A DNA stretch of 64,000 nucleotides from an uncultured Planctomycetota bacterium (GTDB lineage: Bacteria; Planctomycetota; Planctomycetia; Gemmatales; Gemmataceae). Shown one piece after another: positions 1 to 10,300 of this stretch. The position numbers and the translations under genes are program-made. The notes under the pieces are model-generated. The model did not search any database and was not told the origin of the DNA. It was given only the letters and a program-made list of their open reading frames with translations. Positions within the stretch are counted from its first letter, which is position 1. The number at the start of each line of letters is the position of its first letter. The stretch covers positions 494,917-558,916 of the forward strand of contig CAWKHF010000010.1 in the NCBI GenBank assembly GCA_963849325.1, in the 5' to 3' direction.

Positions 1-691
1 CGTTCCAGTCGTCCGGCCGGCGCTTGAGGATTTCCTGTTCGTAGTCGATCAGCGGAATTTGTCGTTCCCTGGCCAGGCGGCGCAGCGCCTCGTTATAGGA
101 TTTCGCCTTCTCCATCTGGCCGGGGTGCGGCGGGATCGTGGACACGATGGGGATGATGCCGCGCTCCAGCATCAAATCGACCGCCCTGGTCATGTCGGCC
201 TGGTAGGACTCGACGCTGCGCCGGGCCGAGGCGTCGTTGGTGCCGAGCATGAGGACGACCATTTGCGGCTTGTAGGTGTCGAGCAGCTTGGCGAGCGGCG
301 GCATGTGCTGTTTACCTCCCTCCAGCATCTCATTGATGCGAATGCCGCCGCAAGCCGTGTACGAACGGCCACCGTCAGGATGGTCGAAACGCGCCAGCCA
401 CCAACCGTCCGTATCGTTATCGGCTCCCATGTGCGTCCATTGGAGGATGGCCTTGTCCTCCGCCGTCTTGCCCGCGCCGGCGCGCGGCCACTGACCATAG
501 GGGTTCGCATACGTGATCGAGTCGCCGACATGAAGAACGACGCCGGGCCGGCCGTGGAACTTGCCGGCCGCTTTCTTCATGGCCGCGGCGTAGTCCCACG
601 GCTGGGGCAGGGGCTTTTCCTCGCCGCGCACGGACGGAAGGAAAAGAGAGATTGCCAAGAGAAGCAGCATGGTGGTGGAATGGTTTTTCAT
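1..691 (-). CDS. SGNH/GDSL hydrolase, secreted (runs off window start)
   Basis: Manual minus-strand translation from ATG 691: MKNHSTTMLLLLAISLFLPSVRG (signal peptide), LHVGDSIT (block I), MLGTNDA (block III); absent from the ORF track because it is truncated. Confidence 0.85.
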   Translation of the reverse strand, partial: MKNHSTTMLLLLAISLFLPSVRGEEKPLPQPWDYAAAMKKAAGKFHGRPGVVLHVGDSITYANPYGQWPRAGAGKTAEDKAILQWTHMGADNDTDGWWLARFDHPDGGRSYTACGGIRINEMLEGGKQHMPPLAKLLDTYKPQMVVLMLGTNDASARRSVESYQADMTRAVDLMLERGIIPIVSTIPPHPGQMEKAKSYNEALRRLARERQIPLIDYEQEILKRRPDDWN

Positions 692-836
692 GGTGATTGC
701 GGAGAGAAATAGTGGATTAGCAACGCACTGGAGAAGCGTTGCGCCTGGCACGCTTCCTCCAAGCGTCTCGAATGAACGGTCATCTGTCAATGAGAAAGAG
801 GCGGCCCGACGCACGGTGGGGTGGGAGGTTGGGAAA

Positions 837-1043
837 GTTGATGCTTGCGTGTCTGCGGGCTGGGATCGTAGAATCGTACCGAGGTGAAGGCGGCGAAGAA
901 TCGAAAGTCCAAAAGGCGGGATGAAGGCGTTGGTGGCCTCGCCCGCGGTTCAGTCCAATAGCGGCCTATCCGCCGTGCCTTTTCAGGACGCGGACACGGT
1001 TTTCAGCCGGACGGCACGGCGGATAGACCGCTCTTCATTTGGC
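837..1043 (+). repeat. ~205-bp direct repeat copy 1 (promoter + leader + REP-like hairpin)
   Basis: Near-identical to 1431-1636; contains TTGCGT-N18-TAGAAT and the inverted repeat agcggcctatccgccgtgcc...ggcacggcggatagaccgct. Confidence 0.9.
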
Positions 1044-1129
1044 CTCAACGAATCGTACCTCCAAGGGCATTCTGTTATACTGAAGTGTCCAACTCGGCGC
1101 TGAGATGTCCGCCTGCGGAGGTCGAATTC

Positions 1130-1407
1130 GTCATCACGCCTATGAGTTGCGAGGCAAGGCGAAAAAGGCCTACCGAAGCCGTCAACGGAGAAGGTCATGA
1201 AGAAGAAGCAGAAGTTCCCCGCCGGCTGGGATGAGAAAGCGCATTCGTGAGGTTCTCGCCCACTACGAAAACCAGAGCGAGGACGAACAATTCGCGGAGA
1301 TCGAGGCGGCGCGGGAGGCCGAAGGTATCACTCTGATGGCGGTTCCCACCGAGTTGGTTCCGAAGGTGCGGGCCTTGCTCGGCGCGGTCAAAGTGCTTGA
1401 GCCGTGA
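1130..1407 (+). pseudogene. Toxin-antitoxin remnant: toxin C-terminal fragment plus small antitoxin-like gene (1197-1407, one frameshift)
   Basis: Fragment ...AYELRGKAKKAYRSRQRRRS* overlaps (ATGA) MKKKQKFPAGWDE-RIREVLAHYENQSEDEQFAEIEAA...LMAVPTELVPKVRALL; resembles small TA-type gene pairs. Confidence 0.55.
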
Positions 1408-1430
1408 AGCGGAATAACGGGAATGGACCC

Positions 1431-1636
1431 GTTGATGCTTGCGTGTTTGCAGCTGGGATCATAGAATCGTACCGAGGTGAAGGCAGCGGAGAATCGAAAG
1501 TCCAAAAGGTGGGATGAAGGCGTTGGTGGCCTCGCCCGCGGTTTAGTCCAACAGCGGTCTATCCACCGTGCCCCGTCATGGCGGGGACACGGTCTTCGGC
1601 CGGACGGCACGGCGGATAGACCACTCTACATTCGGC
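1431..1636 (+). repeat. ~205-bp direct repeat copy 2
   Basis: Copy of 837-1043; TTGCGT-N17-TAGAAT; hairpin ends in ...ctctac (GTAG on the minus strand, REP-type). Confidence 0.9.
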
Positions 1637-1658
1637 ACCTTCATGGGAGCATTAGCAA

Positions 1659-1865
1659 ATGATCCCTTTACTCGCTACAATTGTCTCAATTTATTGTGTT
1701 TTGCGCTTGATCGAGATGGGTTACGAATCATCTAAGAAGTATCAAGTGCCCGCCTTTCGACTCTATAACATTTATTACCTCGGAGCAATTGTTATCGTTA
1801 TCTTGTGTTTGGTCATCTTGAGTAAAGCTGACGAGGCATCGCGAGCCCTCAGCCATCTTAAATGA
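1659..1865 (+). CDS. Small AT-rich membrane protein
   Basis: 68-aa ORF, two hydrophobic segments, GGAG upstream, low GC. Confidence 0.6.
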   Translation: MIPLLATIVSIYCVLRLIEMGYESSKKYQVPAFRLYNIYYLGAIVIVILCLVILSKADEASRALSHLK

Positions 1866-1966
1866 CGTTGTGCCGTGGAAACAAGAGAAGATCTGACTTC
1901 TCATATTGATGCCAAAAATGCGTTAACGGTTCCTAATACATAATTGCTGTTTCCAAGGAGAATGCC

Positions 1967-2305
1967 ATGCGGGCTTATGCCGTGCGAAGGTTTCAGAGTC
2001 GGGAAACTCTGGATTGGGTTGAGTCGCTGGGAAGCAGACCTGATTTATTCGTTCCATTACCCTTTGTGCCGCGAGAAGACTTTCGGGGACTGATAATACT
2101 GCTTAGGAATTTTGCCTTCATTTGGGATCGTGCAAGAATAGCATCGGGAAATGGTGAGATTGTGAACTGTGGCAGTCTGGAAGATCAGCCTATCAGAGCG
2201 TTGACTAATATTTTTCCAAAGGGCACCCCCAAGAGGCGAAGGACTATACGCCGCGGCCCCCGCCGAATTGCTTATTGCGACCGTTGGGAAGACTGGGCCG
2301 AATAA
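1967..2305 (+). CDS. Hypothetical protein
   Basis: AAGGAG RBS upstream, low-GC ORF; no recognised motif. Confidence 0.4.
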   Translation: MRAYAVRRFQSRETLDWVESLGSRPDLFVPLPFVPREDFRGLIILLRNFAFIWDRARIASGNGEIVNCGSLEDQPIRALTNIFPKGTPKRRRTIRRGPRRIAYCDRWEDWAE

Positions 2306-2468
2306 GCGGTAGCCTGGGTGGAAGGCGAGGGCGCAGTGTAGAAACGGCAGTGGGGCGCTTGCCCGCATGGTAACGTCCGGCCGCGGCCGTCGCCTCGATG
2401 CAGCGGACAGGTGCCTCGCCGTTGGGGAACGCTTCCCCGCACCAGCGAGACGGCCGGCAACTCGATGG

Positions 2469-4047
2469 TCAATGCCGAAAGTGACGGATGCCGGTGAAGA
2501 CCATCGCCAGGCCGTGCTCATCGCAGGCCGCGATCGAATCGGCGTCGCGCACCGAGCCGCCCGGTTGGATGATTGCCGTGACGCCGGCACGGGCGGCCTC
2601 ATCGACGTTGTCGCGGAACGGGAAGAAGGCATCGGAGGCGAGTACGGACCCTCGGCTCCGCTCGCTCGCCTTGCGAACGGCCATATGCACCGAGTCCACC
2701 CGGCTCATTTGTCCGGCGCCGACGCCCACCACCATGCCGCCTTTGCCCAGCACGATGGCGTTGCTCTTGACGTGCTTGCACACCAGCCAGGCGAAACGCA
2801 AATCGTGTATTTCCGCCTCGGTCGGTGCGCGTTTGCTCACGACTTTGAGCTGGGCGAAGTCATCGCTGCCAGCATCGCGGTCCTGGACGAGCAGGCCGCC
2901 CTCGATGCGGCGATAATCGAGTCCCGCCGCGCCTTGTCGAGTGCCGAGGGAACCCGTGCGCAACAGACGGACGCTCTTTTTCCAGGTCGGCCGGGTGGTC
3001 AACACCTGAAACGCCGCATCCGTGAAACCAGGAGCGATGATGCACTCGACGAAGCGGTTCGGCTCGCTGATTTGCACAGCCGTCGCCTCCTCGACTTCGC
3101 GGTTGAAGCCGAGGATGCCGCCGAAGGCGCTGAGCGGATCGCCTTCATACGCTTTGCGGAACGCCTCCACCAGCGTCTCGGCGACGGCGGCACCGCAGGG
3201 GTTGTTGTGCTTGACGACCACGGCGGCCGGTTCGTGGAACTCGCGGACGAGATTCAACGCACTATCGAGATCGAGAAGATTATTGAAGGAAAGCTCCTTG
3301 CCGTGCAGCACTTCGGCGTTGGCAATGCAGCCTGGCGGCGCTGCCGGCTCGACGTAAAAGGCGGCTTGCTGGTGTGGGTTCTCGCCGTAACGCAGCATCT
3401 GCTTGCGGAGAAAGCGCGCCTCGAAGACGGCGGGCAACGGTTCGCTGCCGGCGCGGTTGGCGAAGTAGACGCGGATGGCCTCGTCGTAAGCGGCCGTGCG
3501 CGCGAAGGCGGCGGCGGCCAACCGCTCGCGCATCTCCAGCGTCAGGGCGCCGTTGTGTCGTCGCATTTCCTCCAGCACAACAGCGTACTGTGTCGGAGAG
3601 ATGACGACGCCGACGTCTCGATAGTTCTTCGCCGCCGAGCGCAGCATCGAGGGGCCGCCGATGTCGATGTTTTCGATGATCTCCTCATGCGTCGCGCCGG
3701 GGCGGTGCGACGGTGATCTCGAAGGGATAGAGGTTGCAGACGACAAGATCGATGGCTTCGATGCCGTGCGTTCGCAGGGCGGCGACGTGTTCAGGATTGT
3801 CGCGGACGGCGAGAATGCCGCCGTGGATGCGCGGATGCAGCGTCTTGACCCGGCCATCGAGCATCTCGGCCAAGCCCGTCACCTCGGCGATGTCGCTCAC
3901 CGCCAGGCCGGCGTCGGCCAGCGCCTGGCGTGTGCCGCCGGTGGAGATCAACTCGACGTGGAAGGCGGACAGGCCGCGAGCTAGGTCGAGCAGGCCGTTC
4001 TTGTCGCTGACGCTGAGAAGGGCGCGGCGGATGGTGCGGAGGCTCAT
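2469..4047 (-). CDS. purH: Bifunctional AICAR transformylase/IMP cyclohydrolase (frameshift ~3700)
   Basis: [55 protein letters not shown] split over two frames. Confidence 0.97.
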
Positions 4048-4070
4048 GCGTTCTCCCGTAACGTCCCGTG

Positions 4071-5030
4071 TCACTGGCTGGCTTTCGGCTTCGCCTTCAG
4101 GTACTGATCGAACCAGTCGGCGAGCGTTTCCGTATCGCGGAGGATGGTGATCCAGAAGTGATCGCAGCCTTTCTTGACGATCAACTTGGCGGGCACGCCG
4201 ACCTCGTGGAAGCGGGCGATGATGCTTTCGGACTGCTGCAACGGCACCAGATGGTCCTTGTCGCCGTGGATGATGAGGGTCGGCGCATCGTCGGCGCTGA
4301 CGTGCGTGATCGGCGAGACGCGGCGGAGGATGTCGCGAACCTTCTTCTCATCGGTGACGCGCACGTAGATGAGCTGTCCCCGATCCAGCTCCTGAAAATC
4401 GTAGGCGGCCCGGAAGCGTCGCTCCACGTGCGGCGGATCGAGAACGGCGCCGGGCTTTCCCCAGTTGAGAAAGTCGGTCGGCGGAAAGAAGCAGGCGACG
4501 GCCTGGACGCGGCTGGAGACACGCTCGACCGGATCGCGGTCCTTGGGGTCGCCGGGCTGGCCGGCCGTGCCCATCATCAGCGCCAGGTGTCCTCCCGCCG
4601 AGCCGCCGCTGATGCCGAGGTGGTCGGGGTCAATGTGGTAGTCGCGGGCATGGCAGCGGACGAAGCGGACAGCGCGGTGGATGTCCTCGAGAATATCCGG
4701 GATGGCGAACTTCGGCTGCGTGCCGTGGACGACGGCGAAGACGGTGTAGCCATGCTTCAAGAAAGCGTGATACATCTCGGGACGGATGGCGCCGGGGCTG
4801 GAGCGCCAGCCGCCGCTGACGATACAGACAATACCCAGTCCGTTGGCGTTTTCCTTCGGGGCGAACACGTCCATCGTCAGAGCGAGTCCGGCCTTACGGC
4901 CGTAGATCACGTCGCGCGTCCGCGTAAAGGCGGGGACGCTGTCCGTGGCGTCGTCGTCGGCACGGACGCCACCGACGGCGAGAAGGATGAGGAGAAAGCT
5001 CAACAGTTGCGATGACAGCACTCGATACAT
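4071..5030 (-). CDS. Secreted alpha/beta hydrolase (esterase)
   Basis: Signal peptide, SGGW, GGSAGG nucleophile elbow, [10 protein letters not shown]. Confidence 0.9.
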   Translation of the reverse strand: MYRVLSSQLLSFLLILLAVGGVRADDDATDSVPAFTRTRDVIYGRKAGLALTMDVFAPKENANGLGIVCIVSGGWRSSPGAIRPEMYHAFLKHGYTVFAVVHGTQPKFAIPDILEDIHRAVRFVRCHARDYHIDPDHLGISGGSAGGHLALMMGTAGQPGDPKDRDPVERVSSRVQAVACFFPPTDFLNWGKPGAVLDPPHVERRFRAAYDFQELDRGQLIYVRVTDEKKVRDILRRVSPITHVSADDAPTLIIHGDKDHLVPLQQSESIIARFHEVGVPAKLIVKKGCDHFWITILRDTETLADWFDQYLKAKPKASQ

Positions 5031-5224
5031 GGCGACCCTCGAATCGCAGGGGATGTCCAGGCAACGGATGATGTTTCAGCGTATCCGCCGTGGGCGGCCG
5101 GTGCAATGGTCGAGGCCGAATCAGGGCGGAAAACCAGGATTTTCTCTCCCCGCTCGCAGCCGGAGATGATACCATCCTCGTAGGTCCATTGCCGCGCACG
5201 CTGCTTCAACCGGCCGAGACACCC

Positions 5225-6285
<1,061 letters not shown>

Positions 6286-6334
6286 TACACGCATCCTTTC
6301 ATGGTATCCCGTTGCTGTAGTTGGCTTGGACCCG

Positions 6335-6727
6335 ATGGACTTTCGCGTACCCGAATACATCCAAACTCGGCTTCGGCAGCGCCCACCAAATGGCCTGCCA
6401 ATCGTTCCGGGGTCAACGCCAGTGGTGGCGTTCGGAGACGTGCGTAAGGCGAAGGTAGCCACACTTGGATGGAATCCAAGCAAGCTTGCGTTTCTTGACC
6501 GCCGCGGGAGCGAGTTGACAGGCTCACAACAGCGATTGGAAACATTATTGTCACTCGGAGAAAGCGACCTCTCGTCTGCGTCCTCCAATGCTATCTACCG
6601 TGTCTTTGATACCTGCAACAATTACTTCCAGCGACGCCCTTACCGAAAATAGTTCGACGTTCTGGAAAAGGTTCTACTTCCGTTGGGGACGTCCTACTAT
6701 GCTGGCACGGCTTGCCATCTGGATTTA
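6335..6727 (+). pseudogene. Possible uracil-DNA-glycosylase-like protein, internal TAG (6650) and truncated by IS5 end
   Basis: PVVAFGD...VATLGWNPS motif; the frame continues past TAG (...YYAGTACHLDL) up to the IS terminus. Confidence 0.6.
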
Positions 6728-6915
6728 GAGCCTATCCGGTTAACCCCATCCGCTTGTAAATGATGAAGGCGAAAGACATATGCAGCAGAGCAATATAATT
6801 CTCAGCCTTCTTGCCCCAACGGATCAGGATGCCGCGGAATCGGTTCATCCAACTGTGCGTCCGCTCCACCACCCAACGTCTCGCCTTACGGCCGGCCTTC
6901 CGCTTCACCTGCTGC
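6728..6915 (-). mobile_element. IS5-family right-end fragment
   Basis: Reverse complement of ~40910-41096, including TIR gagcctatccg; preceded by the TTA target. Confidence 0.92.
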
Positions 6916-7145
6916 TCGACCAACTTTTCGGGATCCTGGATGCGAAGCTCGAACTCGGCTCCGAGCACACTCGCAAGGGCCAACACGCTCTTGAGGCTGG
7001 AGGAAGTCCGCTTTTCCTTGAGGATGCGGCACACGGTCGCCCTGGACAATTGGGCCCGCTCGGCCAAGATGGGCAGAGGCATCTTCAACGCTCGCCGCTG
7101 CTTCTCCAGAGCCTCCAGCCATTTTTGCACGTTCGTCACCGGCAT
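6732..7145 (-). CDS. Chimeric XRE/HipB-like HTH fused in frame to IS5 transposase C-terminus
   Basis: LAERAQLSRATVCRIL HTH, then KRKAGRKARRWVVERTHSWMNRFR...GLTG, nearly identical to the end of the 40258-41092 transposase. Confidence 0.8.
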   Translation of the reverse strand: MPVTNVQKWLEALEKQRRALKMPLPILAERAQLSRATVCRILKEKRTSSSLKSVLALASVLGAEFELRIQDPEKLVEQQVKRKAGRKARRWVVERTHSWMNRFRGILIRWGKKAENYIALLHMSFAFIIYKRMGLTG

Positions 7146-7150
7146 AACCC

Positions 7151-7220
7151 ACCTCCTCTCTACTTGAACAGTATCGTCCGTGAGGCGAGGAAGTCAATAG
7201 AATAGTCTCACGGATGAGAC
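7151..7220 (-). promoter_or_regulatory. RBS, promoter and two operator palindromes of the HTH gene
   Basis: GGAGGT RBS; TTGACT -35 (7192-7197); palindrome GTCTCA-CGGA-TGAGAC at 7205-7220 and a degenerate copy at 7171-7186. Confidence 0.65.
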
Positions 7221-7377
7221 GATTTTTGCGCGGCGATCCCTAGAACCATAACGGCAGGAACTGAAGAGAGGGCAGCACGTCCGCTCGCCTCCCTCAAGTT
7301 GGCGGAGAAACCGAGGCGCCTCGCGTCACGAAGAACGGCATTGTCTCACTCCAAGTCGCTTCCGAGGCGCCGGCGAC

Positions 7378-10300
7378 TTATTTCGACGTTTTCCGCGGCA
7401 CGCCCTTCAGGTCATTGACCGTTAGCCGAACGGCGATCTTCGCCTTGGATTCGAGTGTCGCGCGCTGGAGCCAACCATCGATCTCCGTCCAACTCCAGTC
7501 GGAGCGATAGCCCGGCGCGGCGGTGATCTCCCGCAGCATCGTGAGGTCGTTGCCGGGGGGGCCGCCGGTCAGGTGCATGGCGATGGCGCGGAAACCGCAG
7601 AGCAAGGCGAGGTTTCTTCTCTTCGTCTCGCCGGCGCCGCCGGGCTTCCATCCTTTCCTGTCCAGCTCGGCCATCAACTTCAGCGCCTCCGCGGGTTGTC
7701 CCGTGATAATCAACGTCTCGAACAGTTTCAGCGCGTCGCCGGTGCCGGACTCGCTTTGGGGATCGCGTTCCAAATCCCGCCGGAACGCCGCGACCTTCCA
7801 ATTCATCATCTCCCGGACGAAGACGTCCGCGAACACTTTCTTGTCTTTCTCGGCCTCGCCTTTGCTCCCCTTCAACAACTCGGTGATGTCCTTTGGCAGC
7901 ACGATGCGAACGTTCGAGTCGAGCTCAAACAACTGGGCGAGCTTGCGGGCCGCCGAGACGTGACCCTGGCGCACCGCCCGAAAAGCCCAGCGAGCCGCCT
8001 CGATCGGGTTGTCCTTCTGAAGCAGCTCGGCCAGGGCAGCCTGTCCTTCGCCGACCTGCTGGCGCCACGTCGCCTGGAACGATTCATCCAGCAACCCCTC
8101 GAAGGTGTCGAGGTGACGGCGGTACAGGAGGTAGGCGCTCTCGAAGCTGTTGAGCTGAGCGTGTACACGGCCAAGGCTGAAGTAGACGCGGCCCAGCAAC
8201 TCGCGCAAGCCAGCGTCGGCGGGAGAACGCCGAGACAATCCCTCCAGCAGCCGCTGCGCCGCCTGAAATGACGGCACGGCCTCGGTTTGACGTTTCGCCC
8301 GGGCGCAGGCATCGCCCAGCTCGTGGTAGCCCCGAGCCAGGTCGAGCCGAGCGGAAACGCTCGGCGTTTTGTCCGCCCTCGCCTTGAGATCGACGACCTT
8401 GGCGCGGAGGGAAGCGACCGGGTCCACTTTCTCTCCCGGGGGAGCGGAGGCCGTGTTGGGATCCTCGTCCGGGTTTTCGGCCGTCGTCGTGCCCAGGGCG
8501 TAAACGCACAGATCCTGGAACGACACGTTATTATCGTGGGCGATCTTGTGCAGCTTGCGGAACGATTCACGAACTTCTTCCGGGACTTTTCCGCCGCGCT
8601 CTTCCAGCAGCCACCGCGCCTGGTCTTCGAGCGGGTCTTTCGGCCACGGGGTTTCGGTGATGTAGATGTGGAAGGGATATTTCAAGCCGTCGAAGTCGCA
8701 CGGGACGGTGAAGCGCTTCATGCCGGGACTGCTCGCGACGAACTTGCGCAAGCGAACGGCCTCGTCCTCATCCGTGGGATTTTTCGGATCGACATACGGG
8801 TCAATCTTCATGCCCTGGATGGGACCGAGCCAGACCTTCAGGTATTCTCTCTGGGCGAGTACCTCGTTGCGAGAATCGGCTCGGGCCTGGTGACACTCGA
8901 CCAGATGCATGTAATTGCCGCCCACCTGCTGACGCAACCACCAGTGCCACGGCGCCTCCTCGAAGGCGGATTTGCTCGCCGCCAAGGCGTCGTTGTAGGC
9001 TTGAACCGCTTCCCGAAGCAGTCCCGCCTGCTGATACAGCCCGGCGGCAAGACTCAACATCGTCCCCAGGGAGCGTCGTCCCTCCCGCGTGGGACAGGAT
9101 TTGCCCAACTCGTGGGCCAGATGCGCCCAGTAGAATACCTTGTCCTTGCGCTCCAGTCGCTTGGCGCACTGGACCGCGGACTCCGTGGCCTTCAAGAACT
9201 CCTCCACGCGCCACGGCTCGGGCGAAGCCGAGGGAGCGACGATCCGGGTCCGGTACACCTCGACGCATTCCTCATGCAGCGGCAGGGCCGCTGCGTCGCG
9301 CTTGGCTTCCTCCTCCTCGTACAGGGCGCGGCGGTAAAGGACCTGAGTAAACTGAGAATTGACCTCGGGACTGGCCGCGAAGCGTTCGGCCAACTTGCGC
9401 CCGTCTGTCACGGCGGCATCGAGCGCCCGCAGATATTCGCTTTGACGCTGGACTGGATCGGACACCATCGGGTTGACTTGATAGAACTGCGTCAGCAAGA
9501 AACGAAAGCGGATGGCGTGCCCCGCAAAGGCCTGCCAATCCTCCGCCCGCGCAGCCAGACCATCCATGAGCTGACAAACCTCCTCGCGCATCGCCTTGGC
9601 GTCGGCGAATTCTCGTCGTCGGGTCAGGAGAGTCACCATCCGGTTCAAGGTGTCGGCCAGGATCAATTGCGATCGCACCGCGTCGGGGTCCGCCTTGACC
9701 AAGGCCCGCGCCAGCACTTCGGCCTCGCGCTGACACGCCATCGCCTCCTTGCGCTTTCCCAATCGATCCACCGCCTCGGCCTTGTCACTTAGGGTATAGA
9801 TTTTGTAGAACAAGAGTTGCGGAGAACCCGGGGCCAGAGTCAACCCTTCGTCGCCGGGAACCAACGCCTTGTCCAGGGCGGCCACAAGGGCGGCCTGGTC
9901 TTTGCCATCCCAGCGAATCCAGGCCAGCTTGTACGCCGCCTCCATCAGGCCCGCCAGGCCGTCCACCTTGCGATAGTCGGCGCGGACCAACGGCTCGTAC
10001 CATTCCATCGCCCGAGCATATAGTTGGGCCCGCGCCGGCTCGTCCGCTTTCCTGGTCATGCTGGAGGCGAGGGGTTGGCAGGCGCGGGCGAGCAGGAAGC
10101 GGAAATCGTTGCTGTCCGGTGCGTCCCTCAGGGCCGCTTCCGCCAGTTCGATCACCCGCGTGCAGTGCTTCCGCGCCTCTTCATTCCGCGAGTCCGACCA
10201 GCAGAGGTAGCCCAACTCGTAATGGGCCTCGCACAGGTGTCGGCGGTGCTCCGGCACGTCGGGCGCTTGCCGCGCCAGCCGCTCGTAAATCTCGATGGCC

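Noticed and set aside
5031-5224. ZTP riboswitch upstream of the esterase-purH unit
   Set aside because: Only a weak ccgttgcctgg resemblance; the aptamer core is not recognisable
6650-6652. TAG read-through (pyrrolysine/recoding)
   Set aside because: The gene is also IS-truncated; a TGG-to-TAG nonsense change is more likely
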